The notes under the pieces: generated by a model
The model's database searches: none
Seen by the model: only the letters and a program-made list of their open reading frames with translations
Told to the model about the DNA's origin: nothing
Source of the DNA: Lama guanicoe
Lineage: Eukaryota
Assembly (NCBI GenBank): GCA_013239625.1
Contig: MU053934.1
Span: 6,094,399-6,158,398, forward strand
DNA length: 64,000 nt
Direction of reading: 5' to 3'
Position numbers and translations under genes: made by a program
Shown here: one piece after another, positions 10,100-21,990 of the stretch
How the letters are laid out: each line of letters starts with the position of its first letter
How positions within the stretch are numbered: the first letter of the stretch is position 1

Positions 10100-11835
10100 A
10101 TGGAAAAATGTTCAAATACAAAAGTAAAGGGCTCCTGTAATGTACCTGTATGTAACCATCACTCAATGTCCGCAGTTCTTAACTCATAACCAATCTTATT
10201 TTCTGTAACCTCCTCCATTCCCCTCACCTGATTATTTTCCATCAAATGCTGGGTATTATAGCATTTGATCCATAAATATTTCAGTGTATATGTAAACTAT
10301 ACAGACTCTTTTAAAAAAACAGAACAAAAATACCAGATTTACATCTGAAATCGATGGTAAAGCCATCAGCTTTCAAATTTCCAAAAAGTGGTCTCATCAA
10401 TGTTATTGTTTTACGGTTCACTTGAGTCAGGAGCCAAACAAGACCTACACGTTGCTTTAGTTCTGTCTCTTATATCTCTCGTAATCTCTTGGTTCCCCTC
10501 TCCTTTTTATTTCTTTGCAGTTTATTTGTTGAGGAAACCATTTGTCCTATAGAATTTGTCCATGCTAGATTTTTCTGACTCTTAAGTCCCTTTTAACATG
10601 TTCCTCTGCCCTTCATTTCTTTCCTGTAAATCGTTCAGATCAAGAGGCTTCAGCTGATTCCAGCCAAATTCTTGTTAGAAGGCAGCTCGTTTTTTGTGTT
10701 TGTCAGGTTGTCCTGCAAGGCTGGTTCCATGTGCACGTAGGGGGCAGAGCTGGAAACGGGCCCTCCTCTCATACCTTAGACCACCTTTGTGGCATTCAAC
10801 CTTTGATTTTGGTATTTTTTTTTTAATTGAAATGTAGTGTTAGCTTTACAATGTTGTGTTAGCTTCTGGTGTACAGCATAGTGATTCAGTTATACATATA
10901 TATGTGTATATATATATATATATTCTTATTATAGGTTATTACTAATTTTGTTTTTAAGTAAACCTTTATAAGGAAGTATGGCATCTGGAAGTGCCCATAT
11001 CATAGGTGTACCACCCGATGAATCTTCACAGAATGAACCCACCCATGTAACTTCCACCCACATCAGGATAGAGAACACTGTTGGTTTCCCAGCAGTGCCT
11101 GTGACCCTGCTCAGTCAGATTATCCAGAGGTAATCACTACCTCATTTCCATCACCAAAGATTCATTTTGCTTATAGTTGAATGTTCTGTAAATGGAGCTG
11201 TGTATTATGTCCTCTTACTTGTTTTTAACAATTATAAGTTAATTACATTTATACTCTCACATTTATATCTTCCTATATCTAGCTTTATAGTAACATATAA
11301 ATTACGTGGGCACCAGTAACTAACGAAACAGATTTACAGAACATACCGATGGAATACTCCTGTGACAGAGAGGAAAACAATACAGGTGAAGTAAGATTTA
11401 TACTGAAGAACTGTACACATGGTAGAAATGAAAGTAGAGCTCCCCCTCTTAATTTTTCAGTTCCTTCTGTAGAGAAGACATCAGCGGTATGTATTCTTTT
11501 GTGTCTAGCTTCTTTCCTCAACTCTTTCACTTTGGTTGCCGAATGGTATTTCATTGTATCGCCGCAGGACGGGCTTTATCCATTCTACAGCTGAAGAACA
11601 TTTGAGGTATTTCTAGCTTGGGGTTGTGCATAACACTGCCATGAACATTTGTGTTTATGTCTTTGGTAAATATCTGTGTGCATTTCTGTAGGGCATTTAC
11701 CAAGGAGTAGAGTGGCGGGGTCAGTGGACATGCACACAGTCAGCTTTAGCAGATACTGGCAAATAGTGTACAGAGTGGCTACAGCCATGTGTACTTCCAC
11801 CAGCAGGGCATGGGAGTTCTAGTTGTCAGCTGTTG
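10100..11835 (-). mobile_element. Nested L1 3'-end fragments, including a younger L1 3' tail at about 10815-10935
   Basis: Antisense L1 3' UTR text (tttacaatgttgtgttagcttctggtgtacagcatagtgattcag; atgaacatttgtg...ttccaccagcag). ORF 11285-11554 begins MKYHSATK, resembling the L1 ORF2 tail. Confidence 0.75.
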
Positions 11836-12072
11836 GTACCTTGGCTGTTTGTTTTGCAAGTGTAGAGTTCGGTGGCCCCAGTATTCCTACAGTTACCACC
11901 TTGGACCCTGGTCTTCACCCCTCTGACATCCAGCCCTGTTTGTAATTAACCCCCTCTAGAATGATACATTGAGTTTACGTGGGTGATCCAGTTAAAACCT
12001 AAGCCTAATCATGTCACATCTCTGCCCAGAGCCCTCCAATGGCTTCTTTCATCTCAGGGTAGAAGTCACAAT

Positions 12073-12260
12073 TAGTGGCACTGTTGATATTTAGATGAGA
12101 TAATTTTTTGATTGGGGCTGGCAGAGGGACTGTCCTGTGCGTTATAGGATGTTTAACAGCATCCTTGGCTTCTACCCGCTAGATGCCAGTAGCACACATC
12201 CACCATCTGAACATGGTCAGATGTCCCTGCAGGACACAACTGTCCCTTATTGAGCACTGC
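12073..12260. mobile_element. MER20 hAT-Charlie DNA transposon inserted in an L2
   Basis: ggcactgttgatatt...ctgtcctgtgcgttataggatgtttaacagcatccttggcttctacccgctagatgccagtagcac matches my recollection of MER20. L2-like sequence on both sides (about 11900-12640). Confidence 0.8.
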
Positions 12261-13408
12261 TGCTTTATTGGGATTAAAGGCCATATGTTTTCTGTTCTGG
12301 GCTGTCCTGTGACTCTTCCCTCTCCTTCTTTCACTCCAGCTACATGAGCCTCCTGTGCTGTTCTTCCAGCATCCCAGTGCTTGCCTGTGCATAGGCCAGT
12401 GCTCTTGGTGTTACCTCTTTCTGAAATGTTCTCCTCCCAAATATCCACATGGCACCTCTCACTTTTAGACAGAGATTTTTAATTTACCTGGTGTAATGTC
12501 AGCTTTCCCCACTGGAATAACCTTCCATGAGGCAAGGATTTTTACCTGTTTTATTCACTGATGTGTCTTTGCCAGGACAGTCCCTGGCATATAGTAGCTG
12601 TTCGGTGAGTATCTGTGGACTGAATACTTATTTTGTGCACTCCTATCAGCACTGAATGAGTAGGCCAAAGGTAAAGTTTTTTTTTTTTAATAACTTATCT
12701 CTGGTAACACATAATCTTTGAATTCTGAAAGTTGCTTTTACCCAGTGTCCACTATCAAGCCACAGCCAGGCAGGGCAGAGAAGAACAGGGATTCAGTGTC
12801 AGCCAGACCCAGACTCAGATTCTACTTCAGTCACTTAGCATCCGTGTGACCCCGGGAAAACCATGCCTTTGTTCTGAGCCTTAGGTTCCTCATCTGTCAA
12901 ATCAGGTTAATCACCTCCCTTTCAGAACTGTCATAAGACTAAATGATCCCAGGACTGGTTTGTCCTTAGGGATTCCAAAACTGGGAGCCCTTTTGTTATT
13001 CAGTCTGTGTCCCTAACCCATTATAGTGCATGGTGAGATTCAGCTGTTTCTCATACTTGAGAACTTGAAACCACAGGAAGTTAAGAGGATATAATGATTT
13101 AACGTTTTGCTTAACATTTCTAAGGGGGAGAAAAACAATTGGGAAATCCTGTCTTTTTTCAGGGCCTCTGTTTCCTTTTGAGTGTTTCGTTCCTAAAAGG
13201 GAAGTGTTCTCCCCACATTTACATTGTTGAGTTGAACCGCGTATGCCACTCTGGCTTGGGGCTGGTGCTTTTGTGGCTTTTATTCCCTCCAGCTGGCAGT
13301 GGCTTGTGCAGCCTTGAGATTCAAGCAGGTGTCTGGGTATGTGACGTGGGTCTTCGCTGTCCAGTGAGTCTAGGCTGTTTCGGGACCACCTGCCTCTGTG
13401 TCTTTCAG

Positions 13409-13629
13409 AATCCTCCCTGGAAAAGGAAAGGGAGACTCCCAGTCCCATCGACCCCAACTGCGTGGAGGTAGATGTGAACTTCAACCCCGACCCTGCTGAC
13501 CTGGTCCTCTCCAGTGTGCCAGGCGGAGAGCTGTTCAACCCTCGGAAGCACAAGTTTGCAGAGGAGGACCTGAAGCCCCAGCCCATGATCAAAAAGGCCA
13601 AGAAGGTCTTTGTCCCTGACGAACAAAAG
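13409..13629 (+). CDS. TEF: TEF coding exon 3 (PAR domain)
   Basis: tttcag|AATCC ... AAAAG|gtaacc. [16 protein letters not shown]...[32 protein letters not shown]. 221 nt. Confidence 0.97.
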
Positions 13630-14089
13630 GTAACCTGGTACATCTGTTAAGAGTGAAGGTACAGCGTTGGTTCAGGAGCCAGGGGCTGCACTTCGTCACT
13701 TTGGTATCTGGAGGACCCTCCCTCCTGATGGACACATTTAGAAAGGCGTGAGTTCAGAGTGTAGAGCCACATGCTGCAGCATTTGAGAGAAAGAAAGGGA
13801 GTCAGGTGGCGTTTGGCCCCAGCATGACTCCCTGTAGCTCCTCTGTGCAGCCGCTTCCCTGGCTTCAACCCAGCCTCCGGGCAAGAGCTCACTGGGTCAC
13901 AGAAACTGGAGTTGAATGAGCCCTCGCTTTGAGGGACAAAAGACAGTTGTATGTTGCTGTCCCCAGGGGTGAGCAGGCAGCCTTCAGGCTGATGGTTCTG
14001 TAGGAGCTGGTTCTGTAGGGAGGAAGGAGAGGAGGATTTTGCAGTTTTTCCATTCCCTTCCATGGGAACCTCATAAGGACTTTTCATCT

Positions 14090-14445
14090 AAGCTTTGGAG
14101 TCAGGTAGATTTGGGTTCAAATCACCCAGACCTAGCTGGGCCTCAGGTTCCTCATCTGTAAAATGAGAATAACTATACCTGCCTCTTGAGAGGTCTCTGG
14201 GGCTTTAATGATAATGACAATGAAAATGGTGAACCTCTATGTGGTCTGTACTGCAGGCCAGGATATGTTACAAGCACCTTGTACACATTAACTCATTTAA
14301 TCCTCAGACAACTCTGTGAGGTAGTTACTGTCATTGTCCCCTGTTGTAAAGATGAAGGGCCTGAGTCATTGACAGATTAAGGAATTTGCACAGTTCCACA
14401 GCTAGAAAGTGGCAGGACCGAGATTTGAACTCAGGGGGCTGGACC
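14090..14445. mobile_element. Two adjacent MIR fragments in opposite orientation
   Basis: ctttggagtcag...ggttcctcatctgtaaaatgag, then actcatttaatcctcagacaactctgtgaggtag...gatttgaactcagg. Confidence 0.7.
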
Positions 14446-14784
14446 CAGGGTTCAGGCCCTTAGCCACATCCAGAGCCTGACTGAGGCAGGAGCACATTCA
14501 GCGCTGTATGTAGGAGCAGGTCCGAACAGGCCACAGTGAGTGAGCTCCCTTCCTCCCAACGCAGAGCCTACTGAGGACTTGGTTTCTCCTCCCACCTCCC
14601 TGGGGAATGCCGGCCCCTCGGTGTCCTTGACACACACAGCTCCTTCCCTGGGGTCCCAGCTCTCATTCTGGCCACACCACAGGGGCTGTAAGAGGAATCT
14701 GGGGTGTGGAGTGCTGGCAGGAGGGGGAAGGTGGGGTTCCCTTCTCGGGGAGAGGGGAGACCCACGGAGGACCCTTCCCCTCAG

Positions 14785-15000
14785 GATGAAAAGTACTGGA
14801 CGAGACGCAAGAAGAACAACGTGGCAGCCAAGCGGTCCCGGGATGCCCGGCGCCTGAAGGAGAACCAGATCACCATCCGGGCGGCCTTCCTGGAGAAGGA
14901 GAACACAGCCCTGCGGACGGAGGTGGCAGAGTTGCGCAAGGAGGTGGGCAAGTGTAAGGCCATCGTGTGCAAGTACGAGACCAAGTACGGGCCCTTGTAG
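14785..15000 (+). CDS. TEF: TEF coding exon 4 (bZIP). Joined CDS is 912 nt, 303 aa.
   Basis: cctcag|[55 protein letters not shown]...YGPL*. Exon sum 157+318+221+216=912. Confidence 0.97.
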   Translation, partial: DEKYWTRRKKNNVAAKRSRDARRLKENQITIRAAFLEKENTALRTEVAELRKEVGKCKAIVCKYETKYGPL

Positions 15001-18000
15001 CCCGCACCCGCCCGGGCGGCGCTGCCTCGCCCCTGACCTCTGCCTGCGGCCCCTGAACCCACCCTCACGTGGAGACTGAGGACCCATCGTGGGCACCTGG
15101 CGGGGCCCCTACTCCAGGAGCCTTCACGTTCAAGCTTCATTATCACACGGCTAGCGCGGCGACTTCCTGGGGGCCAGCCTGCTCCCCGGTGGGACGCGAG
15201 AGAATCAGCGGAGAGTCAGCCTTAGTCTCTGTCCTTGGCTGTCCCAGTTGGACTGGAAGAGCACGGCTCTTCTTTCCAAGGGCACCCAGGCTTCCCTGCC
15301 TGTCTCTGTCTCCAGCCTGGGCCGTCCAGGCCTATCTGCAGAAGGAGTCCTGATAGCTGTTGCCCTTCTATCTTCTCAGGTAGCAGGGTGCACTTCCAGG
15401 CAGGGTATGTCTGTCTTCCGCCTCTCCCTCCCCAGAAAGTCCTAGAGAGAAACATCCATTCCCATCTTCCTCGGAGGTAGAAAGACACACCAGCTCCTCT
15501 GAGTGTCCGCGTGGGTGCCGGGCCCAGCAGCGGGGTCTCCGCACATCCTGGGCTGGGTTTGGATCTGGGCCTGCAGCAGAAGTGCACCCGACCCCTTTTC
15601 TCTGTGGCTCTGAGGCCTGGAAGCCTGGAGGAGGCCCTGGCGAGGGGCTCTCTCTGCTTTCCATCCGCTGTGGGGGAGACACTCCCAGGGCGATGGTCTC
15701 AGGGCCCTGCTCGCCACGTACATGTCCTCTTCTCCAGGTCACTTGTGGAGGCCGCCTAAGTCTTGTTTGACCCACCCGACTGGGCCTCTGGGCCTGCTGT
15801 TTCTTTTCACCCAGTGACCAACCTTGGATCTTGGATTTACAAGGAAAAGCCTCCTCGTCTAGTGGTTTAACTTCCTGGAGCCAGGGTGCACCTTCCATGT
15901 GGTGTTCAGGAAACCCACCTCCACGGCCCCTCACTCGGCAGGTGGAGAGCTGGGCATGTCTCCCGAGAAGCTCCAGTTCTTTCTTGCTCTGCTCTCCTGT
16001 GTGGGTTAGGCCCCATCGCCTTCCCTGAGAAGCAGAAGAGGGCTTCCTGGTTCTTGCTTCAGGATCCACCCCCGTGCGAGCGGCCTGGAGGGCGTCCGCC
16101 AGGCAGGACATCTGGTCACCTGGTCGCAGCACAGCTCTATGGAATAGCAGGCTCTTGGGACATTTTTACGGGCCAGAGTCCCTTCGACCCAGGTCCCAGG
16201 AGTCATGAGCCACCCACACAAGTCTGGCCGAGGTGTGTGGAGGATCCTCTCAGCTGTGGCTTCACGACCTCACAGCTGCTCCTTTGTCTCGTGTCTGGCT
16301 GGACTCATCCTTTGGCTCCACTCGGAAGATTAACTGAGGAAATCTGTGGAACCCTCTGCTCCTTGTGGTCAGCTGGGGCACCTGGAGATGGGTGTATTTA
16401 TGCTCAGGGCGGCGGCCTGTGGTAAAGAGGGGTCAGAGGTGACGGGCCACTTTGTCATGTTCACCACTGGCTTTATTTAAAGTGGTGGCTCCAAGTCCCG
16501 GGCCTTGACTGACCCCTAAAGACTTTTCATAACGGATGTTAAGAGCAGGGGAAGCCATCCACTGGCTGTGGACCACACCCCGGGGGAATGCCATGGCCCT
16601 CCAGGGACCTGCATACCCACCTCTCCAGGGGACTTGACAAGGGTCCCTGAGGCCAAGGGAGGTCAGCCTCCTCCCTGCAGGCCCATGACTTTTCCTTTGT
16701 GGTTCTCTGGAAACCATGATCACACTTTTCACTCTGTTGTAACCACAACAGGGCAGTTGCATCCGGCATGTCAGTGTCCTGCCCTGGGCAGCTCGCCCGC
16801 CCGGGCACTCTCCCTCTGGTCTGGCCACCCACCAAGAGGGCACTTCTCATTTTCTTATTGGTAGAAGAGCTGTCAGCTTAAAAGCTCTTCATTTTCTTTG
16901 GCCAGAAAGTGTATGGTTTGTATTTTTTCAGTTTTTTTTTTGTAAAGGATGGACATTTAATCTCTGGATGGCGTCCACTTTCCGACCCCAGCGGGTGGGA
17001 TGATGGCCTGATGTCTCTCTTCTTTGTCCCACCTTCTGCCTGTCCAGTGCCCCTCCCCCTCCACCAGGCAGTGGGTGTCTGGTTCCTTCCCAAAGTGCTT
17101 GTTTGGAAAGAGTGTGGCTGCTGGCCTCTTTTAGAAGAGCCCCTTTGAGTCAGGAGCCTGGCAGGGACAGGAAGGAGATATCCATAGAGGCTGACATTTG
17201 GAGGGAAAGGGTGCTCAGGTAAGTGTCTCCTTCCCAGGCCTAAGCGTCAAGTCCTTGCAGGAGGAGAGGGTGGTGCCTACTCAGTTTCCATTGTGGAATT
17301 GGGAGTCTCTTTGACTCCCTCCTGGGCCCTCTCCGTCTTGGAGCTGACAGCCAGCTCCTGTGCTCAGATCTTTGACATCCTCTAAAAAGCACTGGAGGCT
17401 AGAGACGCCAACGTAAATGGCTTTCTATGGGTTCTCAGTGGGCTGGGAAGCGCCGTCCCTTCTTAAACGCCCTGTCTTCAGCCTCATTGCAAACTCAGAA
17501 GAGACAAATCATGAATGAGCTAGAATGTTGCAAGAATATACATATAATAAATGTATATCTAGATATAGAAGTATATATATTTAGAGAGCTTTCACAATGG
17601 CCAGCAGCCTTGTGGCGGACCTTGGTAACTCTTGCCCTTGGCCAAAGGAAGGGGTTTGCCTGTCTGGGTCCTAAGGTTGGGGAAGGCACCTAGCAGTGAA
17701 CCTTGACCCTGGGTAAGTATCACCCTGGTGAGGGGACCTGCTGTGGGCCCATTTGTGCTGGGCAGCTCTCCATCCAGGGCCCTGGGAACTCTGCTCCCCA
17801 TAACAAAGGGCTGAGAGCCCCTGGTTTTCCTGGCAAAGCCCCAGCCCAGAGCTCCTTTAACATCTGTTAATTAAGTGCAATAAATTTTTCTAGAAAATGG
17901 CAAAGATGACTTCCAGGTGGATATTGCTATCTTACAGTGTTGGGGATGCCAGAACACCACTTGGTTTTATTTTTCTAAGTGCATGTGATGTGATAGAGTG

Positions 18001-18255
18001 TGTGGGGCTCTTTGTCCTCCCCTGGGAGCTGGCATTCCAGCGGGCCCCTCTCTCCTTTACCTTTGTTGGGGAAGGAGGCAAGGAGAAAACCCCTTCTTCC
18101 CAGCTGGAGAGGGCGGAAGCAGACTGTAGCCCATTGGCCTTATGTGCGTGTGTGCGTGCGCGTGTGCCACTGCTCGTGGGCCGGAGTGACGTGGGAGGGA
18201 AGCCGGGAATGTATCCTTTTCAAACAGAATTAAATATTTTGAGATGAGAATTGTG
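15001..18255 (+). other. TEF: TEF 3' UTR (about 3.2 kb) with candidate poly(A) signals
   Basis: AATAAA at 17546-17551 and 17879-17884. ATTAAA at 18229-18234 followed by GU/U-rich sequence (likely the distal end). No obvious interspersed repeats. Confidence 0.7.
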
Positions 18256-19701
18256 GGACTGTCTTTTCTATCCTCCTCCCCAATTCCTGTGTTACGTCTA
18301 TCTACATGTTGGCCAAGGAGAGTGAGGGTCATCCCAGGCACCCCTGTATCACCCATGGCCTAGTCACCTAACCACCCCGAGCCTTAGTCTCCTCATCTGT
18401 CACATGGAAGCAATTTCTGCCTGCTTACCTCACAGTTTATCAAGGAAGACAAATATTGGGCCAAAAGCAGTTGGACCAAATAAAATGAGCTGAAAGAAAT
18501 AACTGGAAGACAGGGAACCACTTGTGAAAAGTGTGCACCCCCCTCCGTGCAGCTCCACCTGCCCTTCACGCTACTTCTGCTCCCTCTGTGTGCAGAGCTC
18601 ATGCCACCTGCTTCCTCGACGAGGCCCAGAGCTGCCCTTACATGACCGGCCTTTCTCTCCTGCTTCCTGGGCTGCACGCTGTTAATGCTCCAGGTCCCTG
18701 AGGTTGGAGGGACCAGGGACCATTCTGTTTGTAAAGGGAAAACCATGCATTTGGAGTTTGGAGATGGGCAGGCAAGGTGGGCTTTTTTAAATGGCCGTCT
18801 TAAAAATCAACATTGAAGCTCAGAAAAGCAAAGTGATCAGCCCCAAATCAAAGCAGCAGGGCTGAAAAAAACAAAAAACACAGGGCTAAAATTCAAACCC
18901 AGAGTGGATTTCAAATTTTCAGATTCCGATTCTCAGACTGTTGTTGGCCTTGGGTCTCAGGGTAATGTCACATTCTCCATCTTGTCACCAACTCCACCAT
19001 GGGGTCTTCCCACTCCTGACAGGGTACAGAAGCCTTCCCGCTCAGCCTCACCCTCATCCCAGCTCCCAGTGCCCTGAGCACCTACAGAGCCCCAGGCCTG
19101 GGCGGGGTACTGAGGCACTACCTTATTTACACTTCCCAGGGGGAATGTTGTTACCCCATGTACAGATGGGGAAACCAAAGTTTAGAGAAACTTCATTCAG
19201 CAAATATTTATTAAATTTCTTTTGTGTCAGCCCTGCCTCCAGCCTTCACAATCTGCCAGGAAAGACAAACATTAGACGGACAAAAATAGGAGAATGAAGG
19301 ATTGTGGTAAGTGGTGTGGCTGAGAAAATGAGGGATCTGAGAGAGACCATTTATATTGGAGGGGTCAGAGAAGACCTCTTCGTGGGTGGCATTTAAGCTG
19401 AGGCCAGAAGGGTGAATGGATCTGACTTGCCTCCAAGGCTCCCACACATTTGGGCACAGAACCAAGTCCTTTGGGAAGCATCTGACCCCCATCCATCCAT
19501 CTCAAGTCCCCGGACAGATGCGCCTGACCAGCTGGCCGCAGGGGTGAGGCACAAGGAGAGCAGTTACAAGAGGACCCAGGGTGCCTGGAACCCTGGCACC
19601 CCAGCCTCCTGTCTCCGAGGCTGGGAATAGGGTGCCAAGAAGCCAGGGAGGCAAATGTAACTCAAACAGAAACTTTGGCCCAGGGGTCAAATCTTGAGGT
19701 T

Positions 19702-19846
19702 GGGGGAGGGTATGGCTGAGCGTGCATGAGGTCCTGGCTTCAATCCCCAGTACCTCCTCTAAAAATAAATATGTAAACCTAACTACCTCCTCCACCTAAA
19801 AAAAAAATTAACCTAATTACCTCTCCCCACAACAACAACAACAAAA
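19702..19846 (+). mobile_element. tRNA-derived SINE (Vic-1-like), internally deleted, duplicated tail
   Basis: ggggagggtatggct...gaggtcctggcttcaatccccagtacctcc. Two copies of the aacctaa(c/t)tacctc tail motif. Confidence 0.8.
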
Positions 19847-21339
19847 ACTGAAGAAAAATCTTTAGGCCAAGTCCTTGTGCAGGCCCTTCCCTACCCCCTG
19901 GGCCACTTCATGGTCTCCAGGGTCTGCCACTGTTTAGCTGAGCCCAGCCCTGGGCATATTGATTGGTCAAGAGATGAATGTGTGACCCAAATGGTCCTAT
20001 GAGTCCCTTCCCTGAGATTTGTGAACTTGAGGTCTGTCTCTCTCTGGAGATGACCCACTGCGTTTTCTACTCTGTGTACAATGGTCTCACCCACACAGAG
20101 ATTTGTGCGGCTATGGGAAGCACAGAGGCTGTGTGGCCTGGAGATCTCGGCGGAGCATGTGGCAGGTAAGAACACAGGCCTGGAGTTAGTCATGGGTTCA
20201 AATCTGCCTCTGTCACCAATTTGACTTGAGATCCCGGGCAAATCACTTTCCCGGTCTGGGCTTCTGGGTTTCGTCTGTAGAATGGGACACCAGCCTCTCA
20301 GGCACCTGGCACGGCTGCCACTGTGGCGATGCTGCAGAGGGCACTGACCCACCCGGAGATGAGCCCCTCGGGGCTTGGCAGCTGTCAGCCATGGGGGTGG
20401 AGTGGAGGGTCCAACCCGAGCAGCCACGTGGCTGGGGGCAAGGTGCTCCAGCTCCCTATTTCTCTCTGTTCAGGAGGATGTGCTGCACAGATAACCGTGG
20501 GTGCCTGACACAATGCAGCTCTCCTGCCCGCCTGCCTGGAGGAAAGCTCTCCACAGCTGGACACATGCCCCCTCCTTGACTTACCCAACTACCAGACAGC
20601 CCTGGTAACCATCCCCGCAGCCGTGCCCTGCTGGCCCAGCTGGCATCTCCTGACGTCAATGCCTAATCCCCGAAAGCTGCAGCCCGAGATAGGGCTGAGC
20701 CGCAGAGGGAGTCGGAAACAGGTTTGAAGGCGGGTGCCCCCAGCCCTCAGCCAGCCATCCCTGCGCTCTCATCAGCTTCTCACTTCAGCAAGCTCTCCCA
20801 ACCATGCAGGCTGATGCCTGGACCCAGTGGAGCCAGCCTTTTACTGTGAGCTGCTTCTCTAACAGCAAGAGCAGGGGCTGCACGGAGCACCCTGCTCAAC
20901 CTCCTTCAGCTCCGAGGCTGCAGGGGTCTCCAAGCTGGATAGGGGGCAACCACTCCTGCCTAGATTCCAGGCTGACTCCAAGTCCTCACGGCAGGTGGTG
21001 GGGGAAGAGGCTCTGGGGAGCAGAAGGGGCTGGAAGGCTTCAGGGTCAGGTCGCTCAGGGCTGAAGAGCCTGGCTGTTTTCCTGGGGTCTGAGTCCAGAA
21101 CTGCATCCACCCAGGTCTGTGGCAGGGCTGGGCCACGGCCCAGACCCTAGGACTCTGAGAGGTCCTAGGGCCAAATCGCTCTGAAGTCCTACTCTAGAGC
21201 CTTGCAGAGGCCTCAGGGGTGTGGCCAGAGCAAGTGGAGATGCCCAAAGCTGCGGCCAGTGTCCTGAGCCAGGAGCCAGTGCCCAGCCCACCCAAGACTT
21301 GCTGGGCTCCTCCTTGCCCTGGACCTCAGTTTCCCCATC

Positions 21340-21990
21340 TTGTGGATCTCAGTACTGATGTTCAGACTCAGGAACATCCCCAGGCCTTGACCTGACCAAA
21401 GGCTCCTGGTCCCCCCCAAACTTGCTCCTCCTCAGTCTTCCCTTCAAAATAAAGGGCCCACCATTCCTCAGGTGCTCAGGATAAAGCCTGGGGTCATCCC
21501 TGATCCCCTGTTTTATCTCACAGCCCCATCCAATCTGTCCACAATTCCTATCAGTTCTAGAATCCAGCCACTTCCTAGCACCTCCTCGGGCACCCCATGG
21601 TGCCTGAGCCACCATATGTCCTGCCTGGGTTCCAGCAGCCTCCTCCTGGTTTCCTGTTCTCGCCCTACAGTCTGTCCTCCTCACAGAGGCCCATAACCAT
21701 CCGTCATATCCTGTGGCTCCTATCACACTCAGAAACAAATCCAAACTTCTCACCACAGCCTAAAAAGTCCTTTGAGAACTAGCCGCCTGCCAGGCCCACT
21801 TCCCCTCCCTCTCCACCCCTGACACTTTGACTATTTTGTTCCTCCAGGGTCATGCCCAACTCCTTCCATCTCAGAGCCTTTGCACTTGCTGTCCCATCTG
21901 CCTGGAGCGCTGTCCCCAGATCTTCTCAGTGCCCGGCCTGTCCAGTACTTGGCATATAGTAGCTGCTCACTAAATATCTGCCCAATTTAC
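21340..21990. mobile_element. L2 LINE remnant
   Basis: cattcctcaggtgctcagg...gcctttgcacttgctgtcccatctgcctgga...ggcatatagtagctgctcactaaatat. Confidence 0.7.

Noticed and set aside
11215..11485. About 270-bp segment interrupting an L1 fragment in TEF intron 2, considered as a captured or processed sequence
   Set aside because: No recognisable ORF or poly(A) tail. Parts resemble old L1 3' UTR, so rearranged L1 is more likely. RepeatMasker would settle it.
12996..13643. 215-aa ORF antisense to TEF exon 3
   Set aside because: Shadow of the coding exon plus intron, with no recognisable protein features.
14452..16425. Long ORFs (214, 254 and 179 aa) over TEF exon 4 and the 3' UTR
   Set aside because: Antisense shadows or GC-rich UTR frames with no domain similarity that I recognise.
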